A DNA stretch of 64,000 nt from an uncultured Candidatus Rokubacteria bacterium (GTDB taxonomy: Bacteria > Methylomirabilota > Methylomirabilia > Rokubacteriales > DASRDR01), in assembly GCA_963805625.1 (NCBI GenBank), contig CAWDVE010000016.1, positions 32,001 through 96,000 of the forward strand, read 5' to 3'. The notes under the pieces were generated by a model, which had not been told where the DNA came from, made no database searches, and was given only the letters and a program-made list of their open reading frames with translations. The position numbers were made by a program, and so were the translations under genes. Each line of letters starts with the position of its first letter. Position 1 is the first letter of the stretch. Shown piece by piece: positions 10,129 through 19,188 of this stretch.

Positions 10129-11145
10129 ATGAGAACGTGGAAGGTATTCGCGGCCGTGGCCGCGCTGCTGGCCAGCCTGACCGGCGCGCCCCCGTCGGAG
10201 GCCCAGACACCGGTCAAGGTGAAGCAAGCCGGCTTCAAGGTCATCGACCTAGCGGTGCCGTTCATCGCCAAGTCCGAGGGATTCTTCGGGAAGAACGGCC
10301 TCGACTGGGAGTACGTGGAGATCGACAGCGGCAAGCTGGGGGTGGCCGCGCTTCTGTCAGGGAACGCCCAGTTCACCGACTTCGCCGTGGATGACGTGGC
10401 CGCGCTCCAGAAGGAGGGCAAGGACCCGATTCTCGTCTACAGCATGGTCAACGCCCTGACCATGGACATGGTGGTGCGGAACGACGTCCTGGACCAGCTC
10501 AAGCTCACGCCGGCCTCGCCCCTGGGCGACAAGCTCAAGGCGCTCAAGGGGATGACGTTCGGGATCACGCGGCCGGGCGCGGTGACCCAGCTCTTCCCGT
10601 CCTACCTCCTGCGCAAGGGCGGGTTCGACCCGGAGAAGGACGCCACCTTCGTGCAGATCGGCGGCGGGCAGGCCCTGGTCGCGGCCATGAAGGCCAAACG
10701 GATCGACGCCTTCATGCTGTCGGCGCCGGCGCCGTACCTCCTCGAGCGGGACAAGGTGGGCACGGTCATGCTCAAGAACTCGGCCGGCGAGGGGCCGCCG
10801 GAGTTCGGCGACTTCGCGTTCGAGTGCATCGCCGTCCTCAAGTCCTGGGCGGAGAAGAATCCCCGGCTCGTCGAGGCGTACATCCGGTCGCTGAATCAGG
10901 CCTATGACTGGATGCTATCGAACCGCCCGGCGGCCCTGGCGCACCTGAAGAAGTACTTCGCGGAGACCGACGAGGCGACGCTCAAGATCTCGTTCGACGC
11001 CCTCATCCCCGCCATCCGGAAGGGTGGCCGGCTGACCCAGGCCGCGGTCACGAACCAGCTGAACGTCATGAAGGCGATCGGCGCGGTCGAGGGGACGCCG
11101 GACACGACGGAGGGCGTGCTCTGGACGAACGCGTATAATAAGTAG
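10129..11145 (+). CDS. NitT/TauT-type ABC substrate-binding protein (second)
   Basis: Signal peptide; paralog of 2870-3892 (GITRPGA, EGVLWTN). Confidence 0.88.
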   Translation: MRTWKVFAAVAALLASLTGAPPSEAQTPVKVKQAGFKVIDLAVPFIAKSEGFFGKNGLDWEYVEIDSGKLGVAALLSGNAQFTDFAVDDVAALQKEGKDPILVYSMVNALTMDMVVRNDVLDQLKLTPASPLGDKLKALKGMTFGITRPGAVTQLFPSYLLRKGGFDPEKDATFVQIGGGQALVAAMKAKRIDAFMLSAPAPYLLERDKVGTVMLKNSAGEGPPEFGDFAFECIAVLKSWAEKNPRLVEAYIRSLNQAYDWMLSNRPAALAHLKKYFAETDEATLKISFDALIPAIRKGGRLTQAAVTNQLNVMKAIGAVEGTPDTTEGVLWTNAYNK

Positions 11146-11248
11146 CGACCGGCACCGCGGGCAGGCGCCCGTAGTGTCCGAATATTCGGCCGGGGTACCC
11201 GATACGGACGGGCTCAGGCCAACGACGCATGTTGCTGACTGAAAATCC

Positions 11249-11515
11249 CTGGCCGAAAGGCCAGTGTGCACGTTGGGTGTATTTGATATCATCTCCAACG
11301 TCGTTTCGCCCTTGACCGGTATCCGCTAAGTAGCTAATCTGTAAGGACGAGGTCGTGGTGCAGCCTGGTTAGCACACTGGCCTGTCAAGCAGGCGGGCAG
11401 ATCAAGGCCCCTCGGTAAGTCGCGGACTTGCCGAGGGGTTTTTCTTTGGCTGCTTGGCTGGTGGTGGGTGATTTGGGGCCCGCCGAGGGCGGTCGCGGGC
11501 ATAGTTTCGAGCATA
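11249..11515 (+). repeat. tRNA-Asp 5'-half module, copy 1 (att-like site)
   Basis: Hairpin 11249-64; TTGACC-N17-TAATCT 11312-40; tRNA nt 1-42 at 11349-90 (41/42 identical to 45971-46012); terminator 11408-47; CGGGCATAGTTT-CGAGCATA at 11496-515. Confidence 0.92.
11408..11447 (+). terminator. Intrinsic terminator after the tRNA half
   Basis: CCCCTCGGTAAGTC-GCG-GACTTGCCGAGGGG followed by TTTTTCTTT. Confidence 0.8.
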
Positions 11516-11564
11516 CCGAAATCGACCGGGCAAGACTCGTTCGTCAGGAGTCTCGCGCTACCGA

Positions 11565-12641
11565 TCAAAACGCCGAGGCGGTTCCTCGGTGCAACCGGTC
11601 TCCGGCGGCGAGGCACCGCGGACAGGCGATGCCGCCGCCGTGAAGGCCCACCTCGTAAGTGAGGCCGTTGCAGCGGCCGCACCGAGCTGGCTCCCCCGTG
11701 CGCTCGACCGGATCCCAGGTCAGCGCGAGTGGCACCTCACGGCGTTTGTCAGCAAGCGTGCCGGCAAATACGACGCGCGGCAGATAGAGTCGGAGGACGC
11801 TCAGCAGCGAGAGCTCCGCCGACAGCCGATACTTCGCCCCCAGCTCGCCCAGCCGCCCGTCGCGCTCGCGCTCGATTGCCAGGCGCTTCGATCCGAGGGC
11901 GGCCTGCTCCGAGTTGTCGGGCGGCAGTGCGGCCCGCCGTCTCTCGAGCTCCCGGATCAGCTCGGTGTAGTAGGCCCGGGCTCGCCCGCTCTCGCGGGCC
12001 AGTCGTGCCTCGAACTCTCGCCGCCGGGATCCCAGCGGGGCGGAGAGACGCTGCTCGATCTCGCGCCGCGCCACCGCGTAGGCCTCGGCGGTGGGCCGTT
12101 CCGCCATCATGGGCCACGCCTCTACGGGGTCGCCAGCGACACCGTGGCGGTCGAGCGCATCTTGGAGGCGGCGCAGGAGGCGACCGTCGGTGAGGTTCAC
12201 CGCGACCTCTAGGAGGTCCTCCTCCCGCTCGTCCGAGAGATACCGCACCCGGAAAAGGAAGAGCCCGGTCGGGACCCACCAGGGTCGCCCGCCCTGCGGG
12301 GTCCAGGCGCTCTCGAAGAAGCGATAGGCACGCCGCAGCTGGTCAGCTGTGCTCGGCGTTGCGGTCACCGCACTGTCCAGGAACGCGCGTGCCACGCGCC
12401 CGGACGCCGTAGTGTCCCGAAGCAGACGCTCCAGGGTAGGGCTGGCGAACGACACCAGCTCGGCGTCGGGCATCTCGTCGAGCAGCTCGGGGTCGAAGGC
12501 GAGCTGGCGCACCGTCAGGTCCCCGGACCCGGGTTCCGGCCACAGGACCGTGTGGAGCCCGTCGGCCCTTCGCTCCACGACACCACCCGCCTGCTCGATC
12601 GCCGTGACGGCGAACGCCTCGACTCCGCCCGGCACCTTCAC
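11565..12641 (-). CDS. YqhG-like helicase partner with coiled coil and C-terminal CxxC...CxxC
   Basis: Overlaps the SNF2 gene stop; FRVRYLSDEREEDL...VNL motif; YYTEL coiled-coil segment; CGRC/CPRC. Confidence 0.65.
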   Translation of the reverse strand: MKVPGGVEAFAVTAIEQAGGVVERRADGLHTVLWPEPGSGDLTVRQLAFDPELLDEMPDAELVSFASPTLERLLRDTTASGRVARAFLDSAVTATPSTADQLRRAYRFFESAWTPQGGRPWWVPTGLFLFRVRYLSDEREEDLLEVAVNLTDGRLLRRLQDALDRHGVAGDPVEAWPMMAERPTAEAYAVARREIEQRLSAPLGSRRREFEARLARESGRARAYYTELIRELERRRAALPPDNSEQAALGSKRLAIERERDGRLGELGAKYRLSAELSLLSVLRLYLPRVVFAGTLADKRREVPLALTWDPVERTGEPARCGRCNGLTYEVGLHGGGIACPRCLAAGDRLHRGTASAF

Positions 12642-14722
12642 GACGGGCCCCCGGCGGCGAGTACGTCGCCAAATAGCCGGTCATCGAGCGCCTTGGCCTC
12701 GAGGTAGGCGGTCTTGGCCGCGAGCAGCTGATCACCGAGGGCCTGCATCTCGGCCCGGAGGGCCGAGGGGTTCGCGGACGCGAGCCACAGGTCGGTCACG
12801 AGCTCCTCGAAGTCCTGGTCGCTGGCGAGCTGGCCCAGGATCATGTCGATCTCGCCAATCACGAGTTCGAACATGTTGATCTTGGCGTCCAGCACGTCTA
12901 GCAGCATCTCCTCGATGGTGCCCGCGGCGACCAGGTTGAACACGTGGACGTCGCGCGTCTGGCCGACCCGGGATAGCCGCCCGATCCGCTGCTCGATCCG
13001 CATCGGATTCCACGGGAGGTCGTAGTTCACGAGCCCGTGCGCGAACTGAAGATTGCGACCCTCGCCGCCGGCTTCCGTCGAGAGCAGGATCCGGGCGGGG
13101 CCTTCGAACGCGCGAACGGCGGCGTCCTTCTCGACGCGGCGCAGCGCACCGTGATAGAGGGCGAGCGGCTCACCCGCCTCGCGCAGCATCCCGGCCAGAT
13201 ACTCCTGGGTCGCACGGAAGCGGGTGAAGACCAAAAGCTTGTCCGGCCATGTGCGCACCAGGCTGAGGAGGGCGCGGCTCTTGGCGTCGTCGCCGACCGC
13301 CCGCGCCTGCTCGTCGAACCGCCGCAACTCCTGGAGGAGGGGTCCCGGACGCGTCCCGTTGACGAGGCGCTCCAGCGTCGCGGCGGCGGCCCGGGGGCTC
13401 GAACCCAACTCCATCTGGAGGGTCTGTGCCATCATCCGGGTGACCTCGCCACCCGACCGGCAGCTCTGACGGAGGAACTCCGACAGCTCGGTGTACAGCG
13501 CCTGCTCGGCTGATGTTGGCGTCACGGTCACCGTCCTGGCCACCCGGCGCGTGAGCGCCACCGCGGTGGTCGCGCGACGGTTTCGGACCATGACGTCGGT
13601 GAGGAGGCGGCGGAGGCCCTCGGGGTCCCGGGGCTGTCGGCGGTCCCCCCGGGCCACGTGATCGCGGTGGAACGCCCGGAGTGTGCTGAGCTGACCGGGC
13701 TGGAGCAGCGTGACCAGGTTGAACAGCTCGTCCAGATCGTTCTGGACCGGCGTCGCCGTAAGGAGCAGGAGGTAGGTCCGGCGGAGCCGGTTCACGAACT
13801 GCCAGAGAACGGTGCGGGCGTTCCGCAGGTGATGGGCCTCGTCCACGATCACGAGGTCGTACGCGATTTCCTCGATCACGCGGGCATGCTCCGGCCGCTT
13901 GGCCGTGTGGAAGGAGGCGACCACGCGCTCGAAGCGCTGCCAGGCCTCCCGCCCCGCTTGCCGGAACGGCTCCGCGTCGTGGCTCACGAAGTCGAGGCAG
14001 GCTTTCCGCCGCAGCTCCTCTTGCCACTGAGTCACCAGCCCGGGCGGCGCCAGGACCAGCACGCGTCGCACCAGCCGCCGCCGCCAGAGCTCGGCCAGGA
14101 TGATCGTTGCCTCTACGGTCTTGCCGAGCCCGACCTCGTCGGCCAGCAGTGCGCGTCCCCGCATCCGGTTGAGCACCGTCCTGACCGCGGTGATCTGATG
14201 CTCGTACGGGATCACGTCCCGCAGGAAGGGGAGCGAGACCAGCTCGTCGAATCCCGGGGTCAGGGCGAGCGCGTGGCCCCAGCGGTTGAGCTGGTAGGCG
14301 GACAGCGGCTCCTCGTGCCCCTCGGCGAACGCCGCGAGCACCTCGGCATCGGCGGGATCGGTGCGGACGGGGACGGCCGCGATCTCGCGCGAGGCTTCTC
14401 CCCAGGCGAGGTTGAGCGACCGCTGGCCCAGCGGTCCCACGCGAAACCGAGGAGGATCCGCCGTCTCCACGTGCAGCTCCAGCCGCTGGCCAGGCCCGGC
14501 CGTCGGGCGGAGGTCCTGCAGGCGTGGCACCTCGAGCGCGCCATGTTCTCCGTCCCACCTACCCGCCACGACGCGCCCGGATTCCTCCAGGAACTCGACC
14601 GTGGTGGGCTCTCCGGTCGGCGACACGAGGTGGCGGAATCCCCCGTTCAGAGGGATGAGCCCCGCCTCCCACGCCTCGCGCGGAACGGGGAGCTCGAACC
14701 GGTCGCCGCGTCGTATCGGCAT
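12638..14722 (-). CDS. SNF2-family helicase (YqhH-like) with an N-terminal extension of about 100 aa
   Basis: LLADEVGLGKT, IVDEAHHL, LTATPVQN, STEAGGEGRNLQ and YDLPWNPMRIEQRIGR motifs. Confidence 0.9.
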   Translation of the reverse strand: MPIRRGDRFELPVPREAWEAGLIPLNGGFRHLVSPTGEPTTVEFLEESGRVVAGRWDGEHGALEVPRLQDLRPTAGPGQRLELHVETADPPRFRVGPLGQRSLNLAWGEASREIAAVPVRTDPADAEVLAAFAEGHEEPLSAYQLNRWGHALALTPGFDELVSLPFLRDVIPYEHQITAVRTVLNRMRGRALLADEVGLGKTVEATIILAELWRRRLVRRVLVLAPPGLVTQWQEELRRKACLDFVSHDAEPFRQAGREAWQRFERVVASFHTAKRPEHARVIEEIAYDLVIVDEAHHLRNARTVLWQFVNRLRRTYLLLLTATPVQNDLDELFNLVTLLQPGQLSTLRAFHRDHVARGDRRQPRDPEGLRRLLTDVMVRNRRATTAVALTRRVARTVTVTPTSAEQALYTELSEFLRQSCRSGGEVTRMMAQTLQMELGSSPRAAAATLERLVNGTRPGPLLQELRRFDEQARAVGDDAKSRALLSLVRTWPDKLLVFTRFRATQEYLAGMLREAGEPLALYHGALRRVEKDAAVRAFEGPARILLSTEAGGEGRNLQFAHGLVNYDLPWNPMRIEQRIGRLSRVGQTRDVHVFNLVAAGTIEEMLLDVLDAKINMFELVIGEIDMILGQLASDQDFEELVTDLWLASANPSALRAEMQALGDQLLAAKTAYLEAKALDDRLFGDVLAAGGPS

Positions 14723-14852
14723 GGCTCAGTGTCGGACGGACCCCCCGCTTCGCGCAATGTGTCGGGACCGTGTCGCTCGAGAGGTCGGGCGTCAGAGGGG
14801 AATGCGGCCCCCTCGACCGGGGCGCACTGGGTTGCTCCTGTTTGCCGCGCCC

Positions 14853-15146
14853 TCAGAGGCGCGACCGCCAGTAGCCTGGCCGCCGATGGAGGTGTGCGAC
14901 CGCGACGATGAGAATCCGTGACGGCTCGACGCGGTAGAGGAGGCCGTAGGGAAACCCTCGGACGAGGGTACGCCTGAGTCGACGGCCGAAAGGGCGACCG
15001 CTGTCCGGGAACTCGAGGATCTGTTCGTAGGCTCGCCGGACCGCAAGGATGAAGTCCAGACCTAAACTCTCGACGTGGCTCTCGAAGTACCGCGCGGCTG
15101 AGACGAGCTCGGCGTCCGCCTCAGGATGAAACTCGACCCTTCTCAC
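14853..15146 (-). CDS. RelE/ParE-family toxin
   Basis: VEFHPEADAEL...FPYGLLYR...AVAHLHRRPGYW. Confidence 0.88.
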   Translation of the reverse strand: MRRVEFHPEADAELVSAARYFESHVESLGLDFILAVRRAYEQILEFPDSGRPFGRRLRRTLVRGFPYGLLYRVEPSRILIVAVAHLHRRPGYWRSRL

Positions 15147-15370
15147 CGAAGCGTCGAACGGACCTTGTCGAGCACCTGCTCCGCAGGGATGCCGGCGACC
15201 TTGCCGGATTCGAGCTCGTCGAGTCTACGCTCGGCCTCCTCAAGCCAGGCCTGCTCCGCGTCGCGGTCGGACTCCGGGTCGAGGCTGGAGATGAGGCGTT
15301 GGGCGAGTTGAGCGCGCTCCTTGGGCGGAAGCTGCAGAGCCTTTGACTCGATCTCGCGCGGGTCACCCAT
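15143..15370 (-). CDS. Addiction-module antitoxin (TIGR02574-like)
   Basis: LPPKERAQLAQRLISSLD...AWLEEAERR; 4-nt overlap with the toxin. Confidence 0.88.
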   Translation of the reverse strand: MGDPREIESKALQLPPKERAQLAQRLISSLDPESDRDAEQAWLEEAERRLDELESGKVAGIPAEQVLDKVRSTLR

Positions 15371-15489
15371 GCCCGAACGATATCACATCTGGGTGCCCCT
15401 TGAACCCCCGCCGGGAGGTGGTGGGGCGGCGAGGGCCGTATGCAGGACGACGTCGCGTCAACTGTCCGTTTCTTGTCCGTGATGGCGTC

Positions 15490-15797
15490 GGTTCCGGGTC
15501 GATCCCGGCGATGAGGTTGTCGCCCATGCCGAGGCCCACGCCGTCCCGTTCCAGGGTTCGATGGATCTCGGCCGCCGCATCGGCACCCGGCTCGTCGGGT
15601 GGAAGACACGGCAAGGCGGCGAGGAGTTCACCGACGAGCTTCAGCTGGCGCGCAGTCTTCGCCCCGGCGAGCAGCTCGAAGCGCGTGATGACGGTGGTCC
15701 GGAGCTGACCACGGTCGAGCTCCAGGGAGACCCGATTCGCCGCCGGAGCTCGGCCCTCCAGGAAGTCGATGAGCACGTCGCTGTCGGCGACCATCAT
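15490..15797 (-). pseudogene. VapC/PIN toxin with a degenerate C-terminus
   Basis: MMVADSDVLIDFL, ITRFELLAG and GMGDNLIAGI, after which homology is lost. Confidence 0.7.
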
Positions 15798-16026
15798 CGC
15801 CAGGACCTCCGGAGCGCCTCGGCCGCATCTCGCAGCGATTTGCCCTCCTGGGACGGCATGGCCCCCTTCAGGAGCACGGCGCGCTTCCGTTGCGCCCGGC
15901 CTCCGCGCGCAGGTAGGCGTCGAGGGCCTCACTCACGAACTGCGAGAACCCCTTGGCACCACGGTGGGCCGCGAGTTCGAGCAGCTTGGCGCGATGCTCC
16001 GGTTTCATCTCGATCGTCGTGCGCAT
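15794..16026 (-). pseudogene. VapB-like RHH antitoxin (frameshifted)
   Basis: MRTTIEMKPEHRAKLLELAAHRGAKGFSQFVSEALDAYL; a frameshift is needed to reach the ATGA overlap with vapC. Confidence 0.65.
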
Positions 16027-16045
16027 CAGCAGTCCTCCGGGGACC

Positions 16046-16074
16046 ATTGTCATGCACGTGCATGCATGAGTAAA
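16046..16074 (-). promoter_or_regulatory. vapBC promoter with palindromic operator
   Basis: TTTACT-N17-GACAAT on the minus strand; perfect palindrome CATGCACGTGCATG (16051-64) lying almost entirely in the spacer. Confidence 0.6.
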
Positions 16075-16085
16075 TCCGAAGGGCA

Positions 16086-16338
16086 CTGGCCAAAGAGGCC
16101 AATGATCACCCGGGCATAGTTTGGCAGGGGCGCCCTTGACCCATGTGCGCTAAGTAGCTAATCTGCAATGGGGGTCGTGGTGCAGCCTGGTTAGCACACT
16201 GGCCTGTCAAGCAGGTGGGCGAAATAGAACCCCTCGGTAAGTCGCGGACTTACCGAGGGGTTTTTCTTTGGGTGCTTGGCTGGCGGTGGGTGATTTCGGG
16301 CCTGGGGAGGGCGGTCGCGGGCATAGTTTCGGGCATAG
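16086..16338 (+). repeat. tRNA-Asp 5'-half module, copy 2
   Basis: Hairpin 16086-102; extra CGGGCATAGTTT at 16111-22; TTGACC-N17-TAATCT 16136-64; tRNA nt 1-42 at 16171-212 (42/42); perfect terminator 16228-69; tandem repeat 16318-38. Confidence 0.93.
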
Positions 16339-16419
16339 CGAGAATCGGCCGTCCAGACTGACTCGCGAGACGTTCGCGCGACCGATCGATCCACAGCAAC
16401 GCCTGGCGCATCGGCCGGT

Positions 16420-16952
16420 TTACCCGAAGTACGCCTCGAGCCAGAGCGCGAGCGTCTGGTCGTGACGGGCGAGGTCCCCGATGATGATCGGTCGCAGCTC
16501 CGTCTCGTAGCGCTCGCGCAGGAGGACCGGGTCGAGCGGAACGGTGCGGGCCAGGCGGGCGACATCCTCACGGTCGATCGGACTGTTCCGGGCCAGCTTC
16601 GAGAGCGCCAGATCGTGCGCCTCCAGGGTGAGGAGGGCAAGGCGCGCGAACCGGCCGGGCCAGAGCGGGGTGAGCCGCTCCTCGTACCGATCAGGCAGGC
16701 TCGCGACGGTCACGTGCTGGAGGTGCACCCGGTGAGCGCGGGCCAGCGCGCTGCCCGGACCGGCGAGTCCTGGAGGCGCGCGGCGTGCCTCGCGGGGATC
16801 ACCTCGAGATAGTCGAGGTCGGCCGTCGGGCGCGAGAGGCCGTAGCGCACCGCGACGACGAATCCCCCAAGACAGTGGCGCCACGACCTCCGGCAGGCGG
16901 CGTCGAGCGCCGCCAGGAACTCGCGCCACGGGGACGGCGGCTCAGGCGCGAT
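16420..16952 (-). pseudogene. DUF6036-like nucleotidyltransferase, copy A (frameshifted)
   Basis: Near-identical to 36752-37288 but with small indels near 16770 and 16880; HDLALSKLARNSPIDRED motif. Confidence 0.75.
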
Positions 16953-17623
16953 GGCGCAGCGCCTCCGCCGTCCAGTCGGTCAGGAGATTCCAGTGGCGCG
17001 CGGCGGCCGACCGGTGCGTGTCGAGCCACCGTCGCTCGGCCTCCGTGAGCGTGGCGCGGCCCGAGGGTGTCCTCGCGCGCCAGCCGGCTCCGGTCGAGGG
17101 CGGCCTCGAGCGCGCGCAGGGCCCCGAGGCGCGACCCGTCGCCCTCGCGCTCGGCCACCTCGCGCGCCAGGCTCACGACGAAGCCGAGGCGGTTCTGGAG
17201 GTCGCGCACCTTGGCCTCGCGCACGAGCCACGCCGGGTCGAGGTTCCAGTAGCGGAGGAGCAACCAGGGCAGGGCCTCGACCACGCGCGCCTCGAGCTCG
17301 GGCTGGGCGAGGGCGGTGAGCAGCACCGCGCCGGGATGCTTCGCGACACCGGGCCGGCGCGCGAGGTGGGCGAAACCCGGATAGCCGAGGGCCGCGAGGT
17401 CCTGGGCAAGCGTCGCGGCGCCGACCCGCGGCGCCACCCGGGTGGGGGGCAGGACAGTCGGCGCCAGGCTGTAGATCCGCATCGCCCGCCGCGCCACGGC
17501 GGGTGTGAGCGGCCGCTGCCCAGTCTCGAGCATGGCGAGGTAGGGCTGGGAGACCCCGAGCCGGGCGGCGGCCCGGGCCTGGGTCCACCCCCGAGACTGC
17601 CGGGCGGTTCGCAGCTGGTTCAT
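16942..17623 (-). pseudogene. XRE-HTH protein, copy A (frameshift near the 3' end)
   Basis: LRTARQSRGWTQARAAARLGVSQPYLAMLETG; collinear with 37278-37955. Confidence 0.75.
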
Positions 17624-17767
17624 CGTGGCCTGAGTCTATCACAGAGCATGTAATATCATCGTCGTGGACTCGACCAGCGGACCGGGACGCGGCTCCGTCG
17701 GGACTTCGCACGGACCGATCGAGTTCCACCTGTCTGTTCTGTTTAACCATCCGGTTGCTCATGGATG

Positions 17768-19011
17768 TGTCCCGGTCAAGAACTCCATCTGCTGGTCGCG
17801 GCTGAACTTGCCTGACCACCTCCGCCCCTCATCCGATAGAGTCGGGCCTTAGCCGCCATACCTGATGCGGAGGGCCTGATGATTCTGCTGATACTGGGGA
17901 TCGGTCTCTGGACGTTCCTGCGCGCCGTCTCTACCGGTGCGGCCGCTGTCACGCTCGAGAATCTCGCGCTCCGCCATTAACTCCTAGACTAGTCCTCCAG
18001 CGATCCATTGGCCGACCACGCCTGGCGCGGCGGGATCGGATCCTGTGGGTCTGGCTGTCAGCTCCCCTGGCGGTGGAAGTCCAGCCCGAACCCGGTCGGG
18101 CGCCCAAAGCTCGCCGCCGAGCTTCGCCGTCTGATTCATCGGATGGCGCGGGACAATCCGACGTGGGGCCGGCGGCGGATCCAGGCGGAACTCGCCCTGC
18201 TCGGCGACGTGGTCGCCGAGCTGACCGTCAGCAAATACATGCACCGACCGTTCCCTCGATCCTCGCCGACTTGGCGCGCCTTTCTGGCCGCACATGCCCG
18301 GGAAATCGTGGGCGTGGACTTCTTCCTCGTGCCGACCCTGACCTTTCGCCTTCTGTTCGTGTTCGTCGTGCTCCGCCACGACCGCCGCGAACTCCTCCAC
18401 GTCAACGTCACGGAGCACCCCACGGCCAGCTGGACCGCCCGGCAACTCGTCGAGGCGTTCCGGGACGATTCCGCTCCACGGTTTCTGCTCCGGGATCGAG
18501 ACGCGATCTACGGCGAGGCGTTCGGGCGGGGAGTCACGGGTATGGGGATCCGCGAGATCCTCACCGCCCCACGCGCACCCTGGCCGAACCCCTTCGTGGA
18601 GCGGGTGATCGGCTCCATTCGCCGCGAGTGCCTGGATCACTTCCTCATTCTGAGCGACGCCCGTCTGCGCCGCCTCCTGCGCGCCTACCTCGCCTACTAC
18701 AACAGGTGCGGCCCCATCAGGCGCTCGACAACAACAGTCCATGGCCCCGCTCGGTGCAGCCCTCAACGCGCGGGCGTGTAGTGGCGATCCCGCAGGTCGG
18801 CGGGCTCCATCACCTTTACCAGCGTGCGTCCTGATCGCGGTCGATCGCCCGGCCCGGCACGCCGCGTGTGCCGGCGGGGCCGTGTTCCCGCGCGGCGGGC
18901 GTGGTCGGCGATCCGGATCGCAGCCGCCCCGGGCGCTCGCGCAAGCCTATGGCCATTACCGCACGCGGCGGAATCGAGACAGTCTGGCCGATGCGGTTTC
19001 TGACCGGGACA
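17768..19011 (+). mobile_element. IS481/IS3-like insertion sequence (TGT...ACA ends), decayed
   Basis: Terminal inverted repeats TGTCCCGGTCAAGAACTCCATC and TGTCCCGGTCAGAAACCGCATC (18/22 match); no clear target duplication. Confidence 0.75.
17879..18834 (+). pseudogene. Integrase-core (rve) transposase with a premature stop and frameshifts
   Basis: NPTWGRRRIQAEL, VDFF, LLRDRDAIYG, PWPNPFVERVIGSIRRECLDH and GGLHHLYQR motifs. Confidence 0.85.
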
Positions 19012-19188
19012 GGTGTCCGCCGCCTGACCCGCGCACGATCGCGCCCCCCACCGGGCGCCGCCGTCTCCGTCTGTTCGCGGACCCCAGAGGGGAGGGTTCC
19101 GGGCCCTCCGCTCCAAGCTCCCGATGCACTTGGCGGCCCCGGCGGTTGTCGGCGCCTCGGGCCGGGGTCTATGCTCGGGGACGGCGCG

